Shown: positions 20,100-34,694, numbered from the stretch's first letter. The stretch: DNA of 64,000 nt from Escherichia coli (GCF_044324875.1 NZ_CP172185.1), one strand, 5' to 3'. Numbers and translations are program-made. The notes: generated by a model from the sequence alone, not told the origin.

Positions 20100-21191
20100 T
20101 TAGACGTTGAACAGGAAGTTCATTACATCGCCATCTTTAACGATGTAATCTTTGCCTTCTGCACGCATTTTGCCTGCTTCTTTCGCGCCTTGTTCACCTT
20201 TGTAAGTGATGAAATCTTCAAACGAGATGGTTTGTGCACGGATAAAGCCTTTTTCAAAATCAGTATGGATTTTGCCAGCGGCCTGCGGCGCGGTTGCACC
20301 AACCGGAATGGTCCATGCACGTACTTCTTTCACCCCAGCGGTGAAGTAAGTTTGCAGGTTCAGCAGCTTATAACCGGCACGGATCACACGGTTCAGGCCC
20401 GGCTCTTCCAGCCCAAGCTCCTGCATAAACTCGTCACGTTCTTCGTCGTCCAGTTCGGCAATGTCTGCTTCAACAGCAGCACAAACCGGAACCACAACAG
20501 AACCTTCTTTCGCCGCGATTTCACGCACCTGGTCAAGATACGGGTTGTTTTCAAAACCGTCTTCGTTGACGTTGGCGATGTACATTGTTGGTTTCAGCGT
20601 CAGGAAGCTCAGGTAACGAATAGCCGCTTTCTCTTCAGCGCTTAAATCCAGCGCGCGCAGCATACCTGCGTTTTCCAGCTGCGGCAGGCATTTTTCCAGT
20701 ACCGCCAGCTCGGCTTTCGCGTCTTTATCGCCACCTTTGGCTTTCTTCTGTACGCGATGAATCGCACGTTCGCAGGTGTCGAGGTCTGCCAGCGCCAGTT
20801 CGGTGTTGATAACTTCAATATCATCCGCCGGGTTAACTTTGCCGGAAACGTGAATGATGTTGTCATTTTCAAAGCAGCGAACAACGTGACCGATCGCTTC
20901 AGTTTCACGGATGTTGGTCAGGAACTGGTTACCCAGACCTTCGCCTTTCGATGCGCCTTTTACCAGACCGGCGATATCGACAAATTCCATGGTCGTGGGA
21001 AGCGTACGCTGCGGTTTTACGATTTCAGCCAGTTGATCCAGGCGAGGGTCAGGCATTGGTACGACGCCTGTGTTCGGCTCGATGGTACAGAATGGAAAGT
21101 TGGCCGCTTCAATACCGGCTTTGGTCAGCGCGTTGAACAGGGTAGATTTCCCGACGTTGGGCAAACCGACGATACCGCATTTGAATCCCAT
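20100..21191 (-). CDS. ychF: Ribosome-binding ATPase YchF (Obg-family GTPase fold)
   Basis: 363-aa [26 protein letters not shown]… with the G1 motif and TGS domain. Confidence 0.95.
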
Positions 21192-21307
21192 GATTTAAAT
21201 CACCTTAATATCTTAATAATCAAGCTGTTATTGCTAACAGATTGCAGAAATGGAAATAACTTTGCCTATTATACACGGCACTCGGCAAAAATGCCGCAGA
21301 CAACGAC

Positions 21308-21892
21308 TTATTGCGCTTTAAAGGCGTGCAATCGGTTCGTTGCTTTGGTCAAGCCATCTGTAAACCACATTTCAGTACAACGCGCCGCTTCGTCGATGGC
21401 TTCATCAATTAACTTCTGTTCACTAACAGGCGGTTTGCCTAATACAAAACCAACAACTTTATTTTTATCGCCCGGATGACCGATTCCGATGCGTAAACGG
21501 TGAAAGTTAGGGTTATTACCCAATTTACTGATGATGTCTTTCAATCCATTGTGACCACCATGGCCACCGCCCAACTTAAATTTGGCGACGCCAGGAGGCA
21601 GATCCAGTTCGTCGTGGGCCACCAGAATTTCGTCCGGATTAATGCGGAAAAAACTGGCCATCGCCGCAACGGCTTTGCCGCTGAGATTCATAAATGTAGT
21701 CGGGACTAACAGGCGGACATCTTCGCCTCCAAGGGTGACTCGCGAAGTATAACCAAAGAATTTAGCCTCTTCGCGCAGCGGAGCGCGCAATCGCTCTGCC
21801 AGTAAGTCAACGAACCAGGCACCAGCATTATGTCGCGTTGCGGCGTATTCAGCGCCGGGGTTCGCCAGGCCGACAATCAATTTAATCGTCAC
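21308..21892 (-). CDS. pth: Peptidyl-tRNA hydrolase
   Basis: 194-aa [32 protein letters not shown]… recognised as Pth. Confidence 0.95.
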
Positions 21893-22169
21893 GTTTTTTT
21901 GTCCTGAGTGTGTACATAACTGGCGCGTAGTTTACTGGTTGCGGCCCCGCTTGACAAAAAACTGCGTATCAAATGCAGATAACGCAATAATTGCCTGAGT
22001 GGACTATTAGAAAGTCAAGGTGTTCAGGCGTTTATTTGTAAAGTTTTGTTGAAATAAGGGTTGTAATTGTGATCACGCCCGCACATAACCCACAGGGTGT
22101 TGTCTATACTTTACACATAAGGAAGAGGGGTATTCCCTGTTACAACCCAGAAAGTTCCGGAGGTGACAT

Positions 22170-22448
22170 ATGAAACGCAAAAACGCTTCGTTACTCGGTA
22201 ACGTGCTCATGGGGTTGGGTCTGGTGGTAATGGTGGTCGGCGTGGGGTATTCAATCCTCAACCAGTTACCACAGTTTAATATGCCCCAGTATTTCGCACA
22301 TGGTGCAGTGCTAAGTATTTTCGTCGGTGCCATTCTCTGGCTGGCGGGTGCCCGTGTTGGCGGGCATGAACAGGTGTGCGACCGTTACTGGTGGGTTCGC
22401 CACTATGACAAACGTTGCCGCCGTAGCGATAATCGCCGTCATAGCTAA
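22170..22448 (+). CDS. ychH: Small inner-membrane stress-induced protein YchH
   Basis: 92-aa ORF, MKRKNASLLGNVLMGLGLVVMVVGVGYSILNQL…. Confidence 0.85.
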   Translation: MKRKNASLLGNVLMGLGLVVMVVGVGYSILNQLPQFNMPQYFAHGAVLSIFVGAILWLAGARVGGHEQVCDRYWWVRHYDKRCRRSDNRRHS

Positions 22449-22502
22449 CAAATAATGCAGTTTGCTGACCAGTCAGTTTGCGCTGACTGGTCAATCTCGT
22501 AC

Positions 22503-24182
22503 TTATAAATCCGCCATCGCCGCGCGACGATTCGGGAAGAAAGCAAGGCGGCCCGGGATCGGTTGAATGCCTGCGCGAGCCATAGTGCGCAGTGGCTGGA
22601 ATTCCAGGTTGCACACGCGCAGTTCACATCCTTCGGGCAGACGCTTCACAAAACGCTGGAACGCATCAAGACCACCAGCATCAAGTACCGGAACGGCATC
22701 CCACTTCAGAATCACAATCCGTTTGCCTTCAAGACGTGACTCCAGGTCCGTGAACAAGCCTTCAGCGGCAGCAAAAAACAGCGGACCAATAACGCGCAGA
22801 ACCAGAACATCGTCTGGAACGTCTACGACTACCGGTGCCAGGCGAGTCATACGTGCGATACGACGCATAAACAGTAGCGATGCCAGCACGATCCCCACGC
22901 TGATGGCAATAACCATATCAAACAGCACAGTCAGCGACATGCACAGCAGCATGACGATGATGTCATCTTTCGGCGCATGACGCAGCAAGTCGACCACTTT
23001 GTGCGCTTCACTCATGTTCCACGCCACCATCAACAGCAGGGCAGCCATGGCGGAAAGCGGCAGCCAGGAGAGCAGCGGTGCCAGTACCAGCAGGGCAAGA
23101 ATAACCAGAATAGAGTGGATCACCGCCGAGATAGGGGAAGTTGCCCCGGCACGGACGTTAGCGGCAGAACGCGCGATGGCAGCTGTAGCGGTAATACCAC
23201 CAAAGAACGGGGCGATGATATTCCCCAGTCCCTGTCCAACCAGTTCGCTGTTCGCTTTGTGTTTCGTTCCGGTCATACCATCCAGTACCACGGCGCAGAG
23301 CAGAGATTCGATTGCGCCGAGCATTGCCATTGAGAATGCCGCAGGCAGCAGTGTGCGAATAGAATCCCAGGTGAGGGTAAATTCTGAATTGGGCAGGTCC
23401 CACGGTAGTACCAGTTGCGGCAGCAGTTGCGGAATACCGTTACCCTGAGAACCATCTGCCAGAACGTAGTGGAATTGCGATCCGATGGTAGCAACATGCC
23501 CGCCGAGCAGGTTAACAATCCCCATCACCGCGCAACCAGCCAGCAAGGCCGGAAGGTGACCAGGCAAACGAATGCCCAGACGCGGCCAGAAAACCAGAAT
23601 GCCAAGCGTCACAATGCCAATGGCAGCATCACCCACATTAATGGTCGGCAACGCCATAAATAATGCGCCGACTTTTTGTAGATAATGCTCCGGGACATGG
23701 GCCATTTGCAGACCGAGAAAATCTTTAATCTGCATGGTACCGATGGTGATCCCGATACCCGAGGTGAAACCTAAGGTCACGGAAACCGGAATATATTCAA
23801 TCAAGCGTCCAAAACGTGCCAGCCCCATCAGGATCAAAAAGACACCTGACATGAGTGTCGCGACCAGCAGTCCTGCCAGTCCAAACTGTTGCGAAACGGG
23901 ATAGAGAATTACCACAAATGCCGCAGTCGGACCGGAAACGCTAAAGCGTGACCCACCCGTCAGAGCAATGACAATCCCCGCAACAGCTGCGGTATATAAA
24001 CCGTACTGGGGTGCCACACCACTACCAATAGCCAACGCCATTGCCAGCGGGATAGCAATAATCCCGACGGTTATCCCGGCAATCAGGTCACGGGTAAACC
24101 GTGCGGCAGTATATTTTTCTTTCCAGCAAGCGTCGATCAGAGCGCGGAAAGGCATCACATGTGAGGAAAATATTTTGTTCAC
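22503..24182 (-). CDS. dauA: C4-dicarboxylate (succinate) transporter, SulP family with STAS domain
   Basis: 559-aa ORF; multi-helix SulP core plus C-terminal STAS domain; position and sequence match DauA (YchM). Confidence 0.9.
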   Translation of the reverse strand: MNKIFSSHVMPFRALIDACWKEKYTAARFTRDLIAGITVGIIAIPLAMALAIGSGVAPQYGLYTAAVAGIVIALTGGSRFSVSGPTAAFVVILYPVSQQFGLAGLLVATLMSGVFLILMGLARFGRLIEYIPVSVTLGFTSGIGITIGTMQIKDFLGLQMAHVPEHYLQKVGALFMALPTINVGDAAIGIVTLGILVFWPRLGIRLPGHLPALLAGCAVMGIVNLLGGHVATIGSQFHYVLADGSQGNGIPQLLPQLVLPWDLPNSEFTLTWDSIRTLLPAAFSMAMLGAIESLLCAVVLDGMTGTKHKANSELVGQGLGNIIAPFFGGITATAAIARSAANVRAGATSPISAVIHSILVILALLVLAPLLSWLPLSAMAALLLMVAWNMSEAHKVVDLLRHAPKDDIIVMLLCMSLTVLFDMVIAISVGIVLASLLFMRRIARMTRLAPVVVDVPDDVLVLRVIGPLFFAAAEGLFTDLESRLEGKRIVILKWDAVPVLDAGGLDAFQRFVKRLPEGCELRVCNLEFQPLRTMARAGIQPIPGRLAFFPNRRAAMADL

Positions 24183-24271
24183 AATAATGTTTCATCCGTG
24201 AGCGCATCATCTGTCAACTAAATGGCAGGTGAAGGAGGCATAGGTCATACAAATGGATATTACAGACAAAA

Positions 24272-24295
24272 AAACCCGCCGCAGCGGGTCTTTGA
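24272..24295 (-). terminator. Intrinsic terminator downstream of prs
   Basis: Plus strand AAAAAAACCCGCCGCAGCGGGTCTTTGA: stem CCCGC/GCGGG with a T-run on the minus strand just past the prs stop. Confidence 0.7.
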
Positions 24296-24306
24296 GCCGG
24301 GTTCGA

Positions 24307-25380
<1,074 letters not shown>

Positions 25381-25404
25381 TCACCGAAACTCAGCTTGCC
25401 CGGC

Positions 25405-26255
25405 TTAAAGCATGGCTCTGTGCAATGGGGAAAGATTAACGCCTTTCGCCACAAAGCCATTGAGCCATTCCGGGGCTTGCTCTAGCACCTGGCGGGCTTC
25501 AGACTCTGTATCAAATTCAGCAAAGACACAGGCCCCTGTCCCAGTCAGGCGCGACGGGGCGTATTCTAACAGCCAGGAAAGCACCGCATCAACCTCGCGA
25601 AAACGTTTTCTTGCGATAACCTCGCAATCATTGCTGAATTCACATTTTAGCAACGTTTCTATTGACCTTTTTGGCGTATTGCGCGGGAGTTCAGGATCTT
25701 TAAAAATCACTGGTGTCGGAATACTTACACCAGGGTGCGCCACCAGATACCACTTCTCTGGCGGATCCACCGGCGTTAGTATTTCACCAACGCCTTCGGC
25801 AAACGCGGCATGCCCCCGAACAAAGACAGGAACATCTGCGCCCAGCGTCAGCCCCATTTCCGCCAGCTCATCCATGCTTAGCCCGCATTGCCAGAGATGA
25901 TTTAATGCCACCAGGACCGTCGCGGCATTGGATGAACCACCGCCGAGACCGCCGCCCATCGGCAAACGCTTGTCAATGCTGATATCCGCACCGCTTCCCG
26001 TCGGAAGACGCCCGCTGTCTGCCGCAGTTTTCATCAACAATCGTGCTGCGCGAACGATCAGGTTATCTTCATGTTCCACGCCTTCAACGGGCGTTAACAG
26101 ACGAATATCCCCATCGTCACGAAGCTCAATGCTGATGGTGTCGCCGTAATCAAGAAACTGAAACAGCGTTTGCAGCGTGTGGTAACCATCCGCACGCTGA
26201 CCGGTAATGTATAAAAACAGATTAAGTTTTGCCGGAGAGGGCCACTGTGTCCGCA

Positions 26256-26256
<1 letters not shown>
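25405..26256 (-). CDS. ispE: 4-diphosphocytidyl-2-C-methyl-D-erythritol kinase
   Basis: 283-aa GHMP-kinase ORF ([26 protein letters not shown]…). Confidence 0.95.
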
Positions 26257-26948
<692 letters not shown>

Positions 26949-27092
26949 CTATGTTCAAGTTGTCTTAATTGCCAGAATCTAACGGCTTTCGGCAATTACT
27001 CCAAAAGGGGGCGCTCTCTTTTATTGATCTTACGCATCCTGTATGATGCAAGCAGACTAACCCTATCAACGTTGGTATTATTTCCCGCAGAC

Positions 27093-28349
27093 ATGACCCT
27101 TTTAGCACTCGGTATCAACCATAAAACGGCACCTGTATCGCTGCGAGAACGTGTATCGTTTTCGCCGGATAAGCTCGATCAGGCGCTTGACAGCCTGCTT
27201 GCGCAGCCGATGGTGCAGGGCGGCGTGGTGCTGTCGACGTGCAATCGCACGGAACTTTATCTTAGCGTTGAAGAGCAGGATAACCTGCAAGAGGCGTTAA
27301 TCCGCTGGCTATGCGATTATCATAATCTTAATGAAGAAGATCTGCGTAAAAGCCTCTACTGGCATCAGGATAACGATGCGGTCAGTCATTTAATGCGCGT
27401 TGCCAGTGGGCTTGATTCTCTCGTCCTTGGCGAGCCGCAGATCCTCGGTCAGGTTAAAAAAGCGTTTGCCGATTCGCAAAAAGGTCATATGAAGGCCAGC
27501 GAACTGGAACGCATGTTTCAGAAATCTTTCTCTGTGGCGAAACGCGTTCGCACTGAAACAGATATCGGTGCCAGCGCTGTGTCTGTCGCTTTTGCGGCTT
27601 GTACGCTGGCGCGGCAGATCTTTGAATCGCTCTCTATGGTGACGGTACTGCTGGTTGGCGCGGGCGAAACCATCGAGCTGGTGGCGCGTCATCTGCGCGA
27701 ACACAAAGTACAGAAGATGATTATCGCCAACCGCACTCGCGAACGTGCCCAAATTCTGGCAGATGAGGTTGGCGCGGAAGTGATTGCCCTGAGTGATATC
27801 GACGAACGTCTGCGCGAAGCCGATATTATCATCAGTTCCACCGCCAGCCCGTTACCGATTATCGGGAAAGGCATGGTGGAGCGCGCATTAAAAAGCCGTC
27901 GCAACCAACCGATGCTGCTGGTGGATATTGCCGTTCCGCGCGATGTTGAGCCGGAAGTTGGCAAACTGGCGAATGCCTACCTTTACAGCGTTGACGATCT
28001 GCAAAGCATCATTTCGCATAACCTGGCGCAGCGTAAAGCCGCAGCAGTTGAGGCGGAAACTATTGTCGCCCAGGAAACCAGCGAATTTATGGCGTGGCTG
28101 CGTGCACAAAGCGCCAGCGAAACCATTCGCGAGTATCGCAGCCAGGCAGAGCAAGTTCGCGATGAGTTAACTGCCAAAGCGTTAGCGGCCCTTGAGCAGG
28201 GCGGCGACGCTCAAGCCATTATGCAGGATCTGGCATGGAAACTGACTAACCGCCTGATCCATGCGCCAACGAAATCACTTCAACAGGCCGCCCGTGACGG
28301 GGATAACGAACGCCTGAATATTCTGCGCGACGGCCTCGGGCTGGAGTAG
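27093..28349 (+). CDS. hemA: Glutamyl-tRNA reductase
   Basis: ORF 26895..28349; the ATG at 27093 gives the 418-aa protein [21 protein letters not shown]…. Confidence 0.95.
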   Translation: MTLLALGINHKTAPVSLRERVSFSPDKLDQALDSLLAQPMVQGGVVLSTCNRTELYLSVEEQDNLQEALIRWLCDYHNLNEEDLRKSLYWHQDNDAVSHLMRVASGLDSLVLGEPQILGQVKKAFADSQKGHMKASELERMFQKSFSVAKRVRTETDIGASAVSVAFAACTLARQIFESLSMVTVLLVGAGETIELVARHLREHKVQKMIIANRTRERAQILADEVGAEVIALSDIDERLREADIIISSTASPLPIIGKGMVERALKSRRNQPMLLVDIAVPRDVEPEVGKLANAYLYSVDDLQSIISHNLAQRKAAAVEAETIVAQETSEFMAWLRAQSASETIREYRSQAEQVRDELTAKALAALEQGGDAQAIMQDLAWKLTNRLIHAPTKSLQQAARDGDNERLNILRDGLGLE

Positions 28350-28390
28350 CAGTACATCATTTTCTTTTTTTACAGGGTGCATTTACGCCT

Positions 28391-29473
28391 ATGAAGCCTT
28401 CTATCGTTGCCAAACTGGAAGCCCTGCATGAACGCCATGAAGAAGTTCAGGCGTTGCTGGGTGACGCGCAAACTATCGCCGACCAGGAACGTTTTCGCGC
28501 ATTCTCACGCGAATATGCGCAGTTAAGTGATGTTTCGCGCTGTTTTACCGACTGGCAACAGGTTCAGGAAGATATCGAAACCGCACAGATGATGCTCGAC
28601 GATCCTGAAATGCGTGAGATGGCGCAGGATGAACTGCGCGAAGCTAAAGAAAAAAGCGAGCAACTGGAGCAGCAATTACAGGTTCTGTTGCTACCAAAAG
28701 ATCCTGATGACGAACGTAACGCCTTCCTCGAAGTCCGTGCCGGAACCGGCGGCGACGAAGCGGCGCTCTTCGCTGGCGATCTGTTCCGTATGTACAGCCG
28801 TTACGCCGAAGCCCGCCGCTGGCGTGTAGAAATCATGAGCGCCAGCGAGGGTGAACATGGTGGTTATAAAGAGATCATCGCCAAAATTAGCGGTGATGGT
28901 GTATATGGTCGTTTGAAATTCGAATCTGGCGGTCATCGCGTGCAGCGTGTGCCTGCTACGGAATCGCAGGGTCGAATTCATACTTCTGCTTGTACCGTTG
29001 CGGTAATGCCAGAACTGCCTGACGCAGAACTGCCGGACATCAACCCAGCAGATTTGCGCATTGATACTTTCCGCTCCTCAGGGGCGGGTGGTCAGCACGT
29101 TAACACCACCGATTCGGCAATTCGTATTACTCACTTGCCGACCGGGATTGTTGTTGAATGTCAGGACGAACGTTCACAACATAAAAACAAAGCTAAAGCA
29201 CTTTCTGTACTCGGTGCTCGCATCCACGCTGCAGAAATGGCAAAACGGCAACAGGCCGAAGCGTCTACCCGTCGTAACCTGCTGGGGAGTGGCGATCGCA
29301 GCGACCGTAACCGTACTTACAATTTCCCGCAGGGGCGCGTTACCGATCACCGCATCAACCTGACGCTCTACCGTCTGGATGAAGTGATGGAAGGTAAGCT
29401 GGATATGCTAATTGAACCGATTATCCAGGAACATCAGGCCGACCAACTGGCGGCGTTGTCCGAGCAGGAATAA
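28391..29473 (+). CDS. prfA: Peptide chain release factor 1
   Basis: 360-aa ORF with the GGQ motif ([11 protein letters not shown]) and PxT-type recognition region. Confidence 0.96.
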   Translation: MKPSIVAKLEALHERHEEVQALLGDAQTIADQERFRAFSREYAQLSDVSRCFTDWQQVQEDIETAQMMLDDPEMREMAQDELREAKEKSEQLEQQLQVLLLPKDPDDERNAFLEVRAGTGGDEAALFAGDLFRMYSRYAEARRWRVEIMSASEGEHGGYKEIIAKISGDGVYGRLKFESGGHRVQRVPATESQGRIHTSACTVAVMPELPDAELPDINPADLRIDTFRSSGAGGQHVNTTDSAIRITHLPTGIVVECQDERSQHKNKAKALSVLGARIHAAEMAKRQQAEASTRRNLLGSGDRSDRNRTYNFPQGRVTDHRINLTLYRLDEVMEGKLDMLIEPIIQEHQADQLAALSEQE

Positions 29474-30306
29474 TGGAATATCAACACTGGTTACGTGAAG
29501 CAATAAGCCAACTTCAGGCGAGCGAAAGCCCGCGGCGTGATGCTGAAATCCTGCTGGAGTATGTTACCGGCAAAGGGCGTACTTTTATTCTCGCCTTTGG
29601 TGAAACGCAGCTGACTGACGAACAATGTCAGCAACTTGATGCGCTACTGACACGTCGTCGCGATGGTGAACCCATTGCTCATTTAACCGGGGTGCGAGAA
29701 TTCTGGTCGTTGCCGTTATTTGTTTCGCCAGCGACCTTAATTCCGCGCCCGGATACGGAGTGTCTGGTGGAGCAGGCACTGGCGCGGTTGCCTGAACAAC
29801 CTTGCCGTATTCTCGATCTCGGGACGGGTACCGGGGCGATTGCGCTTGCGCTTGCCAGCGAGCGTCCGGACTGCGAAATTACCGCTGTAGATCGTATGCC
29901 CGATGCTGTCGCCCTGGCACAACGTAATGCCCAGCATCTGGCGATCAAAAATATCCACATTCTGCAAAGCGACTGGTTTAGCGCGCTAGCCGGGCAGCAG
30001 TTTGCGATGATTGTCAGTAATCCGCCGTATATTGACGAGCAGGACCCACATCTTCAACAAGGCGATGTCCGCTTTGAGCCGCTCACTGCGCTGGTTGCCG
30101 CAGACAGTGGAATGGCAGACATCGTGCATATCATCGAACAGTCGCGTAACGCGCTGGTATCCGGCGGCTTTCTGCTTCTGGAACATGGCTGGCAGCAGGG
30201 CGAAGCGGTGCGACAAGCATTTATCCTCGCGGGGTATCATGACGTCGAAACCTGCCGTGACTATGGTGATAACGAGCGCGTAACGCTCGGCCGCTATTAT
30301 CAATGA
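29473..30306 (+). CDS. prmC: Release-factor glutamine N5-methyltransferase
   Basis: 277-aa ORF with the NPPY motif (VSNPPYIDE) and SAM motif (LDLGTGTGAIALAL); start overlaps the prfA stop. Confidence 0.95.
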   Translation: MEYQHWLREAISQLQASESPRRDAEILLEYVTGKGRTFILAFGETQLTDEQCQQLDALLTRRRDGEPIAHLTGVREFWSLPLFVSPATLIPRPDTECLVEQALARLPEQPCRILDLGTGTGAIALALASERPDCEITAVDRMPDAVALAQRNAQHLAIKNIHILQSDWFSALAGQQFAMIVSNPPYIDEQDPHLQQGDVRFEPLTALVAADSGMADIVHIIEQSRNALVSGGFLLLEHGWQQGEAVRQAFILAGYHDVETCRDYGDNERVTLGRYYQ

Positions 30307-30695
30307 CAAGTTTTTCTACACTGCTTAGTGTTCATCTTATTAGTATCGCGCTTTCTGTTGGGCTATTAACCTTACGTTTCTGGCTACGTTATCAGAAGCA
30401 TCCACAGGTATTTGCGCGCTGGACGCGCATTGTGCCGCCGATTGTCGATACGGTGTTATTGTTAAGTGGCATTGCGTTGATGGCTAAAGCGCACATCCTG
30501 CCATTTTCCGGGCAGGCACAGTGGCTGACTGAAAAGCTGTTTGGAGTTATCATTTATATCGTTTTGGGTTTTATTGCACTCGATTATCGTCGTATGCACA
30601 GTCAGCAGGCGCGCATTATTGCCTTCCCGCTGGCGTTGGTGGTGCTGTACATCATCATTAAACTCGCCACCACAAAAGTACCGTTACTGGGGTAA
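30303..30695 (+). CDS. ychQ: Inner-membrane protein SirB2/YchQ
   Basis: 130-aa four-helix membrane ORF overlapping the prmC stop. Confidence 0.85.
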   Translation: MTSFSTLLSVHLISIALSVGLLTLRFWLRYQKHPQVFARWTRIVPPIVDTVLLLSGIALMAKAHILPFSGQAQWLTEKLFGVIIYIVLGFIALDYRRMHSQQARIIAFPLALVVLYIIIKLATTKVPLLG

Positions 30696-30698
30696 GTC

Positions 30699-31508
30699 AT
30701 GAGATCGTTAGCTGATTTCGAATTTAATAAAGCGCCATTGTGCGAAGGCATGATCCTGGCTTGCGAAGCAATCCGCCGCGATTTTCCCTCGCAAGATGTT
30801 TACGACGAACTGGAGCGTCTCGTTAGTCTGGCGAAGGAAGAAATCAGCCAGCTTCTGCCTTTAGAAGAGCAGCTGGAAAAACTGATCGCGCTGTTTTACG
30901 GCGACTGGGGATTTAAAGCCTCACGCGGCGTTTATCGTCTTTCCGATGCATTATGGCTGGACCAGGTGTTAAAAAATCGGCAGGGCAGTGCGGTATCGTT
31001 AGGTGCCGTTTTATTGTGGGTTGCTAATCGTCTCGATTTGCCGCTATTGCCGGTGATATTCCCGACGCAGCTTATATTGCGCATAGAATGCCCGGACGGA
31101 GAAATCTGGCTGATTAACCCTTTTAACGGTGAATCATTAAGCGAACATATGCTGGATGTGTGGTTAAAGGGAAATATCAGCCCGTCTGCGGAACTGTTTT
31201 ATGAAGACCTTGATGAAGCTGATAACATTGAGGTAATCCGCAAATTGCTGGATACACTCAAAGCTTCATTGATGGAAGAAAATCAGATGGAGCTGGCGTT
31301 ACGCACCAGCGAAGCTTTATTACAATTCAACCCGGAAGATCCCTATGAAATTCGCGATCGCGGGTTGATTTATGCGCAACTGGATTGCGAACACGTTGCG
31401 TTGAACGATTTAAGTTATTTCGTTGAACAGTGTCCGGAAGACCCGATCAGCGAAATGATCCGTGCGCAAATAAATAACATCGCGCATAAACATATTGTGC
31501 TGCATTAA
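30699..31508 (+). CDS. ychA: SirB1/YchA (transglutaminase-like / TPR protein)
   Basis: 269-aa ORF in the expected position between ychQ and kdsA. Confidence 0.85.
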   Translation: MRSLADFEFNKAPLCEGMILACEAIRRDFPSQDVYDELERLVSLAKEEISQLLPLEEQLEKLIALFYGDWGFKASRGVYRLSDALWLDQVLKNRQGSAVSLGAVLLWVANRLDLPLLPVIFPTQLILRIECPDGEIWLINPFNGESLSEHMLDVWLKGNISPSAELFYEDLDEADNIEVIRKLLDTLKASLMEENQMELALRTSEALLQFNPEDPYEIRDRGLIYAQLDCEHVALNDLSYFVEQCPEDPISEMIRAQINNIAHKHIVLH

Positions 31509-31534
31509 TTAATCGACATTTTACTCAAGATTAA

Positions 31535-32398
<864 letters not shown>

Positions 32399-32417
32399 TC
32401 TTTTTTGCCTGAAAACT

Positions 32418-32448
32418 AAAGCCTTAGCGTTCTGCGTTAAGGCTTTTT
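32418..32448 (+). terminator. Candidate intrinsic terminator after kdsA
   Basis: Imperfect stem GCCTTAGCG / CGTTAAGGC followed by TTTTTT. Confidence 0.55.
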
Positions 32449-32459
32449 TCATGGGGGCC

Positions 32460-32994
32460 GGATACAAAAAGGGCCGCAGGCTGTTACCCCTGCGGCCGGT
32501 TTCGGGCGCATATTGCCATCACGGCAGCCTGACGCCCGTTTTCACCTTACTTCCGGTTACGCCACCAGCTGACAATCACTGCGGTAATAATCCCCGCCAG
32601 GATCGGTGCCGCCAGGTCGTGCCAGAAAATCATGGCAAACTGCGCGAGCGTCATATAGCCGCCTTGTTGTAATGACAACAATTTGCGGCTATTCTTGAAT
32701 TGTTCTGGTTCAAGATTAGCCCCCGTTCTGTTGTCAGGTTGTACCTCTCAACGTGCGGGGGTTTTCTCTTTCCAGCAACCAATGCCACCAGGGATAAAGC
32801 CCCCGCAACATTGCGCCTCACCGGATAACGCCGGCTTGGTGTGGATACTACGACTCAATTCATCTTCACTTCATCCCTGAAATGTTTGCAATGAAGAGTG
32901 CATTCCGGTTTTTCAACAGCTGTTACAGTCGTTTCATGAGTGCTCTGAATGATGCTTCCAGCTCGGGTTGCCAATATTTACTTGTGGAAGAGAT
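32460..32994. repeat. Long direct repeat unit 1 (Ldr/Rdl type I toxin-antitoxin module)
   Basis: A ~535-bp unit repeated nearly identically at ~32995-33530 (e.g. AAAAAGGGCCGCAGGCTGTTACCCCTGCGGCCGGTTTCGGGCGCATATTGCC at 32461 and 32996). Each unit contains a 35-codon ldr ORF on the minus strand. Confidence 0.85.
32547..32654 (-). CDS. ldr: Ldr-family small toxic membrane peptide (35 aa)
   Basis: Reverse-strand ORF MTLAQFAMIFWHDLAAPILAGIITAVIVSWWRNRK, recognised as an Ldr toxin; too short for the ORF track. Confidence 0.8.
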   Translation of the reverse strand: MTLAQFAMIFWHDLAAPILAGIITAVIVSWWRNRK

Positions 32995-33530
32995 AAAGAC
33001 AAAAAGGGCCGCAGGCTGTTACCCCTGCGGCCGGTTTCGGGCGCATATTGCCATCACGGCAGCCTGACGCCCGTTTTCACCTTACTTCCGGTTACGCCAC
33101 CAGCTGACAATCGCTGCGGTAATAATTCCCGCCAGGATCGGTGCTGCCAGGTCGTGCCAGAAAATCATGGCAAACTGCGCGAGCGTCATATAGCCGCCTT
33201 GTTGTAATGACAACATTTTGCGGCTATTCTTGAAGTGTCTGGTTTCAAGATTAGCCCCCGTTTTGTTGTCAGGTTTTACCTCTCAACGTGCGGGGGTTTT
33301 CTCTTTCCAGCAACCAATGCCACCAGGGATAAAGCCCCCGCAACATTGCGCCTCACCGGATAACGCCGGCTTGGTGTGGATACTACGTCTCAATTCATCT
33401 TCACTTCATCCCTGAAATGTTTGCAATAAAGAGTACATTCCGGCTTTTCAACAGCTGTTGCAGTGGTTTCGTGCAGGTTCTGGTACAGGCTCGCAATTCT
33501 GATTAACAACCTGTTCAGGTAGTATGAAGA
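32995..33530. repeat. Long direct repeat unit 2 (Ldr/Rdl type I toxin-antitoxin module)
   Basis: Second copy of the ~535-bp unit; a handful of substitutions relative to unit 1. Confidence 0.85.
33082..33189 (-). CDS. ldr: Ldr-family small toxic membrane peptide (35 aa), second copy
   Basis: Reverse-strand ORF MTLAQFAMIFWHDLAAPILAGIITAAIVSWWRNRK; differs from copy 1 by one residue (V to A). Confidence 0.8.
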   Translation of the reverse strand: MTLAQFAMIFWHDLAAPILAGIITAAIVSWWRNRK

Positions 33531-33593
33531 AATACAATAAGCAGAAATTTATATTATCTCCCCCGATTTCAGTCATCGGAGGAGATATAACTG

Positions 33594-34694
33594 TCAGGCA
33601 AATATCGTCATCAAATAGGCGGCAAACAGTGCCAGATGCGCTGCGCCATTGAGCACGTTAGTACGTCCGGTGGAGAAGGAGATATGGCACAGCACTAAAG
33701 AGGCCACCATCACCACCATTTCTGGCGCACCAAGTGCAAACTGCAATTCGTTACCCGTCATAAAGGCAATTAGCGTGACGACAGGTACGGTAAGCGAAAT
33801 GGTTGCTAACACTGAACCAAAGAACAGATTCATCGCGCGCTGGACCTGGTTGTTCAACACTGCTTTTAACGCACCTAAACCTTCCGGCGACAGAATCAAC
33901 AGAGCCACCAGGAAGCCAGTAAAGGCGACAGGGGCATTCATGCTGTCGAGCAATGTCTCCAGCGGTCTGGCGTTCATTTTGGTCACCGCAATAACGGCAA
34001 TCAGATGGACAATCAACCAGATAGCATGCCACAGGCTGCTATGGGCAGACGGTTTACCGTGGTGCGGGTCGTCATCATCACTGTCATCTTCGTGCTCGTA
34101 GACAAATAAACTTTGATGCGTTTTGGTCTGGATCAGCAAAAATACGCCATACATTGCCGCAGAAATTAATGCTACCAGTAACGCCTGACCGGTTGAAAAA
34201 TTCGCCACAGGCAGAGCCATTGGAAATACCAGTACGATTATCGCCAGGGGGAACAGCGCAATTAAATACTGCTTGATACCAAACAGATTCATATATTGGG
34301 TGGCAAACTTGCGTCCGCCCAACAATAATGAAAAGCCAACCAGCCCACCGGTAACAATCATAATGATTGAATAGAGCGTATCACGCATTAGCGTTGGTGC
34401 GGCGTCGCCGGTTGCCATTAAAGCTGAAATCAAACTGACTTCAAGAATAACCACTGAAAGGCTAAGAATAAGCGAACCGTAAGGTTCTCCCAGGCGATGG
34501 GCTAATACGTCCGCATGACGGACAACACTAAAGGCGCTACTTAAAATACCAATAAGAGCAAGAAGATTGATGCCAATGACCACTGGTAGTGTCTGGCTGC
34601 TTCCCCACAGGAACAGCACTACCAGCGCCAGAACCGGGAAAATAAGCGAAGTCTCCTTGTGGCGGGTTTTTACCGCCTCTTGAGCATTTGACAT
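33594..34694 (-). CDS. chaA: Ca2+/H+ (Na+/H+) antiporter
   Basis: ORF 33594..34781; the ATG at 34694 gives the 366-aa MSNAQEAVKTRHKETSLIFPVLALVVLFLWG… with an acidic loop (EHEDDSDDDDPHH). Confidence 0.92.
   Translation of the reverse strand: MSNAQEAVKTRHKETSLIFPVLALVVLFLWGSSQTLPVVIGINLLALIGILSSAFSVVRHADVLAHRLGEPYGSLILSLSVVILEVSLISALMATGDAAPTLMRDTLYSIIMIVTGGLVGFSLLLGGRKFATQYMNLFGIKQYLIALFPLAIIVLVFPMALPVANFSTGQALLVALISAAMYGVFLLIQTKTHQSLFVYEHEDDSDDDDPHHGKPSAHSSLWHAIWLIVHLIAVIAVTKMNARPLETLLDSMNAPVAFTGFLVALLILSPEGLGALKAVLNNQVQRAMNLFFGSVLATISLTVPVVTLIAFMTGNELQFALGAPEMVVMVASLVLCHISFSTGRTNVLNGAAHLALFAAYLMTIFA

Noticed and set aside
32451-33415. Plus-strand ORFs of 65-79 aa across the Ldr repeats (32451..32672, 32683..32880, 32968..33207, 33218..33415)
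   Set aside because: They are antisense to or overlap the recognisable 35-codon ldr toxin ORFs and repeat only because the DNA repeats; the real coding unit is the short minus-strand ldr.
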